Shown here piece after piece: positions 40,886-52,217 of a DNA stretch of 64,000 nucleotides. The notes beneath the pieces were generated by a model that was not told the DNA's origin, made no database searches, and worked only from the letters and a program-made list of their open reading frames with translations. Each line of letters opens with the position of its first letter. Within the stretch, counting starts at the first letter, position 1. The position numbers and the translations under genes are program-made. This DNA is from Paragordius varius. Its lineage: Eukaryota > Animalia > Nematomorpha. The stretch spans positions 4,092,001 through 4,156,000 of the forward strand of contig OZ176052.1 in assembly GCA_964247055.1 (NCBI GenBank), read 5' to 3'.

Positions 40886-41263
40886 AAAATATATAAACAT
40901 AAATTAGATTTCGAATAAGATTGTAAATATATCTAATATTTATTTGACATTAATTGGAGAAAAAACATTTTACCGTATCCAGTAAATTATTTATTTGTAA
41001 TATAAATATATCAAATATATGGTATCGATAGATCTGATAAAGGCATGTGAACGATTTATAATCCAATACTTTCGCTCTATGCTAACTGTTGTGAATTGTT
41101 TTCATGAAAAATTTTAAAGGTCATTCCATTGGAAGCAATTTTCAAACCAAATTAAATTTTCTCAATTTTTTATAATAGTTGAACATGTAAAAACGTAACA
41201 GTGTTTTTTTATATAATCGAAACCAACTAATTCAGTTTAAATCTAAAAATGCATATTTTGAAG

Positions 41264-42217
41264 TCAAGTTATGAATTTATATATATCGGCATGTTGGTCA
41301 ATTATTTTATTTAACTTGTCCAAATTTTTATCAACGACTATAACATGCATAAATAAACGATTCAAAAGTGATTCCAAGTGGTCTTTGTTAATAGGTCTTT
41401 TTGAGGATTGGTAGTACTGTGACCATTGTATTTTCAATATTTGTTCAAGTAAACATGACCATTCACGATCGGTAAACTCAATATTATTATTATTATCATT
41501 ATTTATAACTTTTAAAATGTTACAATGTTTCAAAGTCTGATTATCGTAAACGAGTACTTGCTTTATAATATATGATTTGGGGATAGGAAAAATAAATATG
41601 GCTTTGGTAAATTGTGAATGAAAGTGGTCCAAAATTGAATGGAAAGCATATGCGTCGGTGTAATTTTTTATTTTATTAATATTTTGGATAATAAATATTC
41701 TTTTGTCGCGATCGTAAGCATCTGCAATCATATCGTTTAAATTGGGATCGATATCAGTCATATCAATCGTATATTGAGTATTAATAAAATTTTTAAATTT
41801 GCTATTATATAATAACTTATCTTGGTAAATGACAAAAGTACTTTGTACGCTATCTTTTGATACTGTCCGATAATCAATTGGTAAGGGTTTTTGAAGCGAT
41901 CGGGATGGCTTAAAAAACCAATAAATTATCGCTGATAGAATAGGCAAGGCTAAATATTTGGAGACAGATTTATTGGTAAATGCAATGTTAGAAAGTTGAG
42001 AACCTTTTTGTTTTTTGCTTACTTTATTCATGGAATCACTACTAGCAGATATTTCTGCACTATCTTGACGTGGAAAATCTTCGGAAGAACTATCATCAAG
42101 ATTTACTTTATCTATAGTACTATCGAAAGTACCGTCCTTAGTTGCCACATCCATCTTATCTTGATAAAATTTTTTCACATTTTCTCTATGTGATACAAAA
42201 ATGTTATCGATATCCAT
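41264..42217 (-). CDS. Intronless torsin-activator-like protein (LAP1/LULL1, TOR1AIP family): N-terminal region, one TM helix, luminal AAA+-like domain
   Basis: 317-aa ORF with TM segment YLALPILSAIIYWFF. RIFIIQNINKI...AYAFHSILDHFHSQFTKAIFIF resembles LAP1 AAVVH.FE...LIFY.YCDHENAAFKDVALVL. C-terminal HLESLLNRLFMHVIVV resembles KL.GLWSRISHLVLPV and keeps the arginine. Confidence 0.65.
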   Translation of the reverse strand: MDIDNIFVSHRENVKKFYQDKMDVATKDGTFDSTIDKVNLDDSSSEDFPRQDSAEISASSDSMNKVSKKQKGSQLSNIAFTNKSVSKYLALPILSAIIYWFFKPSRSLQKPLPIDYRTVSKDSVQSTFVIYQDKLLYNSKFKNFINTQYTIDMTDIDPNLNDMIADAYDRDKRIFIIQNINKIKNYTDAYAFHSILDHFHSQFTKAIFIFPIPKSYIIKQVLVYDNQTLKHCNILKVINNDNNNNIEFTDREWSCLLEQILKIQWSQYYQSSKRPINKDHLESLLNRLFMHVIVVDKNLDKLNKIIDQHADIYKFIT

Positions 42218-42282
42218 GCATCAGCAGATATTTTAATCTAATTTATAAAAAAAGCATGGTGTTTGGTGAGTGTAAAATCACT

Positions 42283-42866
42283 TTAACACTTGGACACAAC
42301 ACATTCATTTTAGTCCTTCGATTCAAATTGGGGTAGTTAAATACCTAAGACCTATTTAAAATTAAATTCTTTAAAAAATATGGAAGGAATCTAAACCATT
42401 GCAAAATTTTGCACTTATATAACATCAATAAACCAAAATATATATAAAATTTCATTTAAAAATACTTGATATTACTTATTTTAAGCTAAAACCGAAAGGT
42501 AAAAATTTAGTCAACGTGACATGTGTGCAATGGTAATGTTAAAAAATAATATAAAATATACCGCTCTTTCTATTTATATCAATGTTGTAAAAATAAAAAA
42601 TAGCTTTAATTTAACCCTTAAAATAATTAAATGAAGGCGATATTTTGCAAAAATTTTGTAAAATAACAATGGCGTCGATGTAGTTTGACATGGAACTTTT
42701 TTTCAAAACAAAATTTTATTTAGATATTTTGGCATATTTATATAATTTTTATTAGGATAGAAGCATAAATTTAAATTGGGACCGTTTCATTTAGTAGTTT
42801 TATAAAAATTCTAATTTAAATTTAGTCTGGGGTATTTAGATACCCTTATTTGAATCGAGGTGTTAA
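42283..42866. mobile_element. TTAA MITE family copy 2
   Basis: TTAACACTTGG...GAATCGAGGTGTTAA, collinear with 6030-6614. Confidence 0.85.
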
Positions 42867-42947
42867 TACTAGTCATTTTTGTATGATGTGGATTTTACCA
42901 CCTTAACTTATAAATGTTTAAAAGTTTGTTAGGTCAAAAATCAGTCA

Positions 42948-43534
42948 TTAACACTGGGATACAACACACTCATTTTAGTCCTTCGATTCAAATTGGGGTA
43001 GTTGGATACCCCAGGCCTGTTTAAAATCAAATACTTTAAAATGTATGGAAGGAATTTAAACCATGGCAAAATTTTGCACTTATATAACATTAATAAACCG
43101 AAATATATAAAAAATTTTATTCAAAAATACTTGATATTACTTATTTTAAGCTAAAACCGAATGATCAAAATTTCGTCAACGTAACATGTGTCAAATGGTA
43201 AAATTAAAAAATAATACAAAATAAACCGCATTTTCTATTTCTATCAATGTTAGATGTAATTTATATTATAAATTAGCTTTAATTTTACCCTTAAAATTAA
43301 ATGAACACGATATTTTGCAAAAATTTTGTAAAAAAAAAATGGCGTCGAAGCAGTTTGAGATGGAACTTTTTTTACAAAACAAAATTTTATCAAGAAATTT
43401 TGGCATTTTTATAAAATTTTTATTAAGATAGGAGCATAAATATAAATTATTACCGTTTCCTTCAGTATTTTTTTAAAAATAATTTAAATTTAGTCTGGGG
43501 TATTTAGATACCCCAATTTGAATCGAAGTGTTAA
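42948..43534. mobile_element. TTAA MITE family copy 3, same orientation, 81 bp after copy 2
   Basis: TTAACACTGGG...GAATCGAAGTGTTAA. Confidence 0.85.
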
Positions 43535-45158
43535 ATAATTTATATTTACAACAGGTTAAAAAGATTTTATAATTAATCAATAAGAAATTTCTTATAAAGT
43601 GTAATAAGATTTTCCAGTTAATTACCTACTTTTTTTACCTCAAAAATTTGTTATTTATAACACTTATTAGCATATAATTACAGTTATTATGCATATTGGA
43701 GAAAAATATATAGTGTATTGAAGTTATCCTAAAAGTTCACTCAGTGACATTAGAATATAAATATTTTTTTAAAATGACTCAATATGTTTATTTCCAGGTA
43801 AACTGAAAAACATGACATAGGTGAGATTCCAATTATAATGTGATAAATCGATCATTAATCTGTCCATAACACTTCATGTCCTTTACAATTTCTTGTAGCG
43901 ATGACATTTTTAGCTCTATGTTATAAATAAATTACTTTTTTTATAAAAATTACTGTTAAAATTTATTATCAAACATCGTTCTGTAATTGAAAACGCTTAT
44001 AGTTTTTACTGTTTTTATAGAAAATTGGCGACAAAACAGCTGATAATAAACAAAAAATATTAAGTTTATCCAGGTAAAAGGCAACCGAAACCTTACTAAA
44101 GTTGATTATATATTTTCGAACCCAATACATTTATTTACCTATTGTATTAACGATTTAAAAAATTCATAAAAAATAAGGGTGAAATAGTTTGATATGAAGA
44201 TTTATCCCCAATATTTAAAATAATAGCTTCAAAAACACAATCAAACTAAACAGCTATTATAAAACAATAACTATAAAGTTTTTCCATGTTCAAAGCTAAC
44301 CTGAAAACTTACTAAATCTAGTATTTTACATTTTTAAATCCTATACATTTATATGCCGATTGTAATAACGAATTATAAAAAATCAGAAAAATGACTGTGA
44401 AATAGTTTAATATGGGCTCATTCTATTACGTGTACACAAAAAAATAACATGATGAAATAATATATTTTGGGAAAATGTATCAGGATTATTCTGTGCTTTT
44501 GGTTATAGCCCTTAGGAGTGATATATAGTTATTTACACTTTTTTGGTAACTCCATATCAATGACATTAGCTTAAATATTTGTAAGTAAAATTTCTTCGGT
44601 GAAAGCCAAAGGATTATTGCAATAAATATCATCAAATTATATCATAAACTCCATAGGCAAAAAAATGTTTCTTAAAATATTCAATTTTGGACGTGGGCTC
44701 CGAACCATTTTTCGCTCTTATAAAACGGGCTCCTTTTCTTTAAAACGCAAAAATGCCGAGATTGCGATATAAAATTTTTAATATATTGATATCTAACATA
44801 AATGTTTTAAAAAATCCATGCTTATAAATTTTTTTGGCAATTTTTTTGAAGCATACTTTATTTTATACTATTACAAGGCAAGATGGAACTCTAAAACAAT
44901 TTAGAATATTGTAAAAACACTAGTTATATATAATTAGCTAATGCTCAACATTTCTATTACCTCAGTATAAGGTATTCGTTTATTTCAATTTTTTTTAAAT
45001 ATAGATTAAATTTTTAAAAAAATATACCGTAATTGGAAAACAAACACATCAAATTAAAACTTTGAGGGGATAGTAATGTTTAGTATCATCTAAATATTTA
45101 ATAAAATTTTTATCATATGGTGTTTTTATACCATTTCCATCATGCCTCAATATAGTAT

Positions 45159-45626
45159 GAAGTACGCGCCAATAAAATTTTTTTAAAAATTAAATTGAAA
45201 CAAGTATGCATTTTTTAAAAATATTTTTAGTTTTTATCAAACTTTTTCAATATAAAATTTTGATGCAATCGGCACTGCTGCATGTATAAGAAAACTATCC
45301 CATATTCAAAGAGCGAAAAATTTTGGGACTTTCACCCAAATCAAAAAATTAAAATTATTTAAAATATTGTTTAGCTTTTTATATGTAATTTCTGATATAT
45401 ATATATTTGATCTTTTTTGAAAGCATCATGATAATCCTGAAACATTTTCACATCATATATATGTTTTTATCAGGTTATTTTAATACCTACCCTTCCCCCG
45501 ATTATGAACGCAGTGTTGTGCGCCTAAAAGGCTAGAAAGCATATTTTTAATTAAGCGTATATTTCAAATACTTTTTAAGATATTCGAATTAAACTCTGAG
45601 GTATAAAACTACCCATGAAGTGTTAA
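45159..45626. repeat. Second copy of the dispersed repeat at 6721-7269
   Basis: Shares the blocks listed for 6721-7269. Confidence 0.5.
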
Positions 45627-47120
45627 TGCAAATGAATTTATTGAGAATTTATTAATTTTCTCTAAAATTTCATTAGACAAAAATGGCGGCCTATTTGGGT
45701 TAATTTTATCCAAATTTTAGCGTATATATAAATTAAAACCACCCGCTTATGTAAAAATAATTCTTCTATCTAACAGGGGATATCCATTTACCTCATTTAG
45801 AGATAAAATATTAATTCTTTGTAAAAAAAACTAGGCTTTTTTTAATTTTTTTTGACAAATTTTTTTGAATCATGATACCAAAAGGCTCAAGAATGCATAC
45901 TTTTGACTTTATCCCAATATATGGTATAAAAATAGTTTAAAAGCTCTGGCGAAATTAACTTTATTATTTTTTAACTAAAAAATGGGATATAAGTGGCATT
46001 TATATCTTAGCCTACGATTTTATGGATATCAAATACAAATCATACAACAACCTCAAATAATTAGTAAGGCCGCAGCTCTCAATCTATAGCTCTCGGCATG
46101 ACATCTTGTCTATTCTGGGATTTCCTTGAAATCCCGATCTTTTAAATTAAACAATTAATAATAATTTAAGATTAATAAAAATATTTTGAACTTTCAATTG
46201 TAATTAAATTATTTTTATAAATAATAATTTATTTAAAAGTAAAGTATAATAAAACACGATAAAAATACACTAGTATTGGAACTGAAAATGGAGTTACATT
46301 AGAAATTAATTAATGTTTGAAAGTTAAAGGATATATGTACCACTTCCTGGCCTTGTCACTCTGTGACTTAGTTTTAAAAACATAAATATGGTAAATCGGC
46401 GTGATAAAAATTATAAATATGCTAAGGGATGACTAAAAAAAGTTATAACTAAAATTAACCATCCCTTTACGGGGTTACATTACCAATCCTTATGCGAAAT
46501 TTAATATTTTGAATCCAAATGGGTCTCCATATTTACCGGATTATTGCATTCAAACAAATATTCCCTGAAAAACGGAGGGTTTATCCAAAAGATCGGTATT
46601 GTCAATTTCCACGTTTTTTAAAAAAAATAAAAAAATGATTAATGAAACTGAATGGGCATACACATTTTTTCGGAAACATGCTTCTAACTAAGAATTTGGG
46701 AATACTTTTCAATTTTGTACGTGAAGGAGTCTAATTAAAAAACATAATAATAAATAATTTCCACTCTTTAATTTAAATATGGGCTTTAACATTTTCACCA
46801 AAATTCTCAAGCGGTTTCACATTGTTATAACTATATAGATTAGAAAAGGCATCGAAATCCAATCATCCCTTGCACGCGATGATGCCTGCCATCCCTTCTT
46901 GGGATACTAACGGGGATGGCGGTAAAACCATGGAAATATTGAACGATCGCAAAAATGAATGATATCACTATGAAACGACTTAAAACCACAAAAATTCTTA
47001 GTTTATGAAATTTTATTTCTTCTGATAAAAATTTTATTAATATATATATATATATATAAATAAAAAATGGGACAATCCAACAAACAACATCAAAGTTAAA
47101 TCAAAATATAGAAACTATAA

Positions 47121-48987
47121 TCTATATATTAATAAAAATGGAAAATTCTGACTTTGTGATCTGTTTCCGGAAAACCGGTAGACCCATTCAAATCCAATTG
47201 TCGAAAATATATAATCATTAATGAATGCGCCGACAATAGTTTCGCCCTTTTTTTGAATTCGGCCCACAGTTCGCCCCCCCTCCCCAGTGTAAAAAAACGT
47301 TTTTTTTTGAAAACAGCAGTCCTTTAAAAATCGTGTCTTTGAGACAATTTTTTGGAAAATGTGTTGGATTATTTAACATTAATTTCTTTTTATTTTTTTC
47401 CCGATTGATCCAAACATAGTCGGCTCGCTTTTTAATTTAAACCCTCTTTTTACCCGCTCACCCCGTAAAATGCCATTTATAAAAACTAAGTTCACAAAAA
47501 TAATTTTTTTAATCTATTTTTCACCCTAGGTATGAGACCGTAAAAATTCAATGAGGATTCCAGGTATTCCCTGTTAAAAGGCAAAAATTTTAGTCGTGCG
47601 TTTTTTATATTGGCTGCTGGGTAAGGAGATAGCCGCTAAAAACTACCGCATCATATAGATAACAGGCCATATGAGTTCAATAGGTGCTTAAATGTTACCC
47701 GTAACAAGGCAAAAATTGAGGTCATGTGGGTTTTAAAAATTAGCCGGTAATTAAGCCTTTCCTGCTTTAAAAAATGCGCCACCATAGAATGATTTTTCAG
47801 TTTTGAGGCAATTTTTCCAAAAACTAATGAAAGCATATGGAATCAATCATGATTTCAAGTATTCTCCATAAAAAGGCAAAAGTTTTAATCAACTGATCTT
47901 TTGTATCAGCCTCTGGGTAGGGAGATATCCGCCTAAAACTGCGCCACCATATCGAAATCGCGTTGTTTAGGCGTTGTTATTCAGAAAACTTATCAGGCAA
48001 TATAAGTTTAATAAGGGCCTGAAATATTACCCGTAAAAAGGAAAAAATTTAAGTTGGGTTTTTTTAAAATAAGCCGTTATTTAGGCCCTTTACGCCCTAA
48101 AAATGCTATCATTGAAATATTATTTAGTTTTAAAGCCATTCCAAAAACTATTAACAACATATGGAATGAATGATGATTACATTTATTCCCCTATAATGGC
48201 AAAAATTATCGAATGTTCTTTTTATATTGGCCTCTGGGTAGGGGTTTACCCGCCAAAAACTACGCCACTATATAGAAATTGTGTTTTGGAGTTGATTAAC
48301 AGAAAATTTATAAAGAATGAGCTTATTTAAAGCTGAAATATTACCCGTAACTATGTAATTAAGGTCAGGCGTTTCCGTTATGGGGCCTTTATCCCCTAGA
48401 AAACGCCATAATATAACGATTATTTAGTGTTTAGGTATTTTTTCGGAACCATGAGACGATGTTATTAAAGATGCTTTCAATTATTGCCCTATAAAGCCAA
48501 AGAATCTAGCGCTTTTTCCGTATAGGTCTATGGTTAGGGGTCTACCGTAAAACTGAGACGCCATACAAAAATGGCGTGGTTTTCAAAATACTTAAGAAGC
48601 CATATGAGTTCAGTTAAACACATTTCTGGGGAATTCGTATAACATCATTCTTTCCTTTAAAAAGAGACCAATCATGATTTACTTTTTATATCCCTTGATC
48701 CCAACTGTGTGAGCACAATATCAAAAAAAAATTAACCATGATTTCTTGAAACAAAAATCTTAAAATAAATCCAATGATAGTTAAATATTAACTTTATAAG
48801 GCACAGTTGGCAATTTCGATTAAACAATATTTGAGCCTATGCAAAAACCCGTAAAAGAATTTTAATTAAAGACATTTTTTTATTAAAAATGTTTTTTATT
48901 ATTTTTTATCTCCATTACTTCAATTTATTGCAAATAATTAAGAATAATTATCGGTGAGACTACGTTCAGCGAATTAGGGCGAGCTAG
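47121..48987 (+). mobile_element. Non-autonomous Helitron with an internal array of about four ~300-bp sub-repeats
   Basis: 5' end A|TCTATATATTAATAAAAATG. The first ~520 bp match the Helitron at 56432-57087. Repeated GGCAAAA...(T/C)TGGGTA(A/G)GG...CCGC.AAAACT.CGC units near 47577, 47871, 48193 and 48491. Candidate 3' end GGGCGAGCTAG|T at 48987 has a weak hairpin, so this end is less certain. Confidence 0.65.
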
Positions 48988-49014
48988 TAAAATAAATAAA
49001 AATGATATCATCCC

Positions 49015-49479
49015 TAAAAGCCTCAAAATTGGTACGTGGAATACAAAAACAATACAATCCCAACTGAATGGGACAAAAGCTACATATATCCTGGTAAATT
49101 CCAAAAATCAGAATTTAAAATACTCAAAACAATCCTATTTGTACATAATCCTAAACTCTATAACTTTAATAATCAATTTGACCCTTATAAAATCCTTAAT
49201 ATCACTACTCTTGATCGCTTTCTAAGAGCTAAAAGACTGAGATGGGCTGGTCACATCCATCGTAGACCACCAGATAATTATATACATATAATGATGTCCT
49301 ATTCCATACCTAGCTCAAAGCCTGACAGACCCTTCAAAAGCTGGATCAGTACTATATATGATGATCTTACTGAGGCCAAACTAAAAATAGAAGATGCGGA
49401 AAATAGAAACAATTGGAAAACAGCAATCAAAACCTATCTCAAATCAGCTACCTTCAACTCTGAAGAACAACAGCTTTGA
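49015..49479 (+). mobile_element. RTE-type LINE fragment (C-terminal post-RT region), possibly fused to the endonuclease N-terminus
   Basis: TEW...KFQKSEFKILKTI...FLRAKRLRWAGHIHRRP...NRNNWK. LKIGTWNTKTI lies immediately upstream in another frame. Confidence 0.75.
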
Positions 49480-49499
49480 TGATATTATATCCTGTTTAT

Positions 49500-51720
49500 A
49501 AAAATAGAGATCCCCTTGATTGTTCCATCCATTAAAACTTTTGGAACACGGTATGAATGTTATTAAAACAGTGACTAAAAATAGAATTAAAAATATAACA
49601 ATTAATAAAAATCAATTCGCTTTTAAAGTAGGTTAAAGCACTTCAGAACCCATTTTCATTTTAAATCGTATGCAAGAAAAACATCTAGCAATAGGTCAAA
49701 AGCTGTTCCAAATCTGTAGAGATCTGGAGATAGCTTTTGACATTATCCCAGACATCTCATAAAGGTACCAAAAAATCTAAGAATATTTAATAAAATTGAT
49801 AATGCTCCTACATGAAAATGCAAAGCTGCGTTAAAAAACCAGTCGGAAACACAATTATTTTAACATTAATATAGGCCATCATCAGGGCTCAAAGCCGACT
49901 ACTTTTCATAATAATAATGGATTATATAAGCTGAGACATTGCAGCTGTTCCACCGTGGAACAAGTTGTACGCCGATGACATGATCATAACTGCAAGCATA
50001 CAAATTGAAAAGTACATATCTCAAATGGCATTTATGTTTTGAAAAAAATGGCCTTAAAAAATATAAAAGTAATGATTCCAGGGGATGAAAACAGAACTAT
50101 AAAGTATCCATGCTTTATTAGGCACAAAGAGGTTAAAACGAATGCGATTTTATGTAGATCTTGTAAAATGTGGGTACACAAAAAATGCACTAGCCTGAAA
50201 GGAAAATTAATTGACAATCATAATTTTAAATGCTAAAGCTACATATTGGGGGCCACTAAATCTCGGGAGTTTATTATAGAAAATTTTAGGTCCAAAATCG
50301 TGAACAATTTTGCCTATCTAGGTAATATCAGTACAAAAAACCATATCACATAAAATTAAAGTGACCAGATAGGCTGTTTTTCGCAGTACAGTACTGGGTT
50401 TTCGCAAAAAAACCGCGCCTGTACTGCGCTGACTTTTGTACTGCTTTTTGAAATAATTTTTTTTATAAATATGTCCTAATTACCTTTTATTTATAGATTT
50501 TGTAGAATTTGATAGAGTACCCTTTGTTAAAATAAAAAATAAATGGTTCCTTTTGCGGTAAAAAAACTATGGTTTTTTTTATTTTAATGTTTTATTTTCT
50601 GCTCTTATACATGGAATTGGGTTTTGGACCGGTCAAATCGCTTATGAATGCAGCCATTCGCGCAGTGGCGGAACTATAAATATCAGACTCCAGATTTAGG
50701 CCAACCAGGGCTTCCGCAAAAGCGACCTCAAAAATAAAATAAATACAAAATAAATTTATATTTTAGTAATCTGATCAAGTTTTATAAATTCATTTTTGTT
50801 TCAAAGTTTCTGTTAAATTAAATTTTGTTTAAGTTTACTTTAATTATTTTTAAAATTCATTATATTTGGCTTATAATTTCGATATAACCTTTTTTTCGTA
50901 GGAAAAAAATAATATACGTTTTATATTCTCATTAGGTGGGACTGATATTTCTTAATTTTTTACTTCCCTCAACTTTAATTTTGACACAGACACACATAAC
51001 AAATAATTTTTTTCTATTTAATTTTCTTTTTCGTGCCTTTGTGTTTTATGAGGCGTTACAACAAATTTAATTATAAATTTTTCATTTATTGGTATTATTT
51101 GTTGGTGTTTGGCTATTATAACTTATAAACTGTTAATATTAAACTCAAAAATAGAATTGGAATAAAATCCAAAATTTTAGGACAAAATCGAATGGAACCG
51201 GACCGAAACTAAAACGGTTCGGGTTCCAATCCCTGATAGAAAAATAAATTTATTTGTTGGATATTTTTAATTGTTTCTAATGAGCTTATAAATAGTAAAC
51301 AATATCATTTAATAGAACACACCGAAAAGGTGTAAATAATAGGAAAGTATGTATTAATTTTGTACTGAGTCAGGGTTCTAAATATCTGGTCACATTACAT
51401 AAAATCAAACTCGGCGGGGCAAATTAACCAACATATATGTATTAACACATAAAGACATAACCGTAAAAAATAAAATCAATATAAAGTGGGTGTCCGCCCT
51501 ACCCTTACCTACGCCTGGGAAATTTGGACCATCACAAAAACTTTAGAATCGAGATGAAAAAGAACGGAAGGCAGCATGCTATATATGTGATAAATTCTAT
51601 CATAAATGAATTAGAACCAATAAAAAATATCAAAGACTTTGTTATTTTGGCCACATAGACAGATCTAGTATATACACATCTGCAAAGGAAATTCTTGATT
51701 TACACATCCCTGCCCCGAAA
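49500..51720 (+). pseudogene. Decayed RTE-clade LINE reverse transcriptase, interrupted by a hAT element at 50357-51397
   Basis: STSEPIFIL..MQEK, DLEIAFD, HQGS, LYADD (YADD at 49968-49979), C..CKMWVHKKC finger. After the insertion: YKVGVRPTLTYAWEIW...RTEGSML and FGHIDR. Confidence 0.85.
50357..51397. mobile_element. Non-autonomous hAT (Blackjack-type) element, 1,041 bp, with an exact 8-bp TSD CATAAAAT
   Basis: TIRs TAAAGTGACCAGAT and ATCTGGTCACATTA. CATAAAAT at 50349-50356 and 51398-51405. Interior contains termini of other elements (CAGTGGCGGA near 50662; GGTTCCAATCCCTG near 51222-51235). Confidence 0.9.
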
Positions 51721-51989
51721 TCGTATTTATGATCCCTGAAAATTGGCATATGTATGTTTCCTTTAAGTAAAAATATCTTAACTTTTAACAAATGTAAATT
51801 AACTTTCTATAGGATGGCAATAATAAGAAATACACTAAAATATTAAAAACAATTACAATTTAGCAATGTAAAGTAAAAACATATCAAAATTGGAGAATAA
51901 GCAAAGCTATTTGGCTTATAGATTTATTTAAAAATAATTACCAAAAATTGAAAATGGTATTTAAAAAAGAATATAATTTATTTACAATT

Positions 51990-52217
<228 letters not shown>

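Noticed and set aside
43990-44420. Degenerate two-copy ~215-bp tandem repeat (also a ~143-bp duplication near 32690-32980)
   Set aside because: Old local duplications with no further structure.
46845-46925. GC-rich inverted repeat GCCATCCC...GGGATGGC suggesting an ncRNA
   Set aside because: The stem is only 8 bp, and the region reads NHPLH, typical of a LINE C-terminal remnant.
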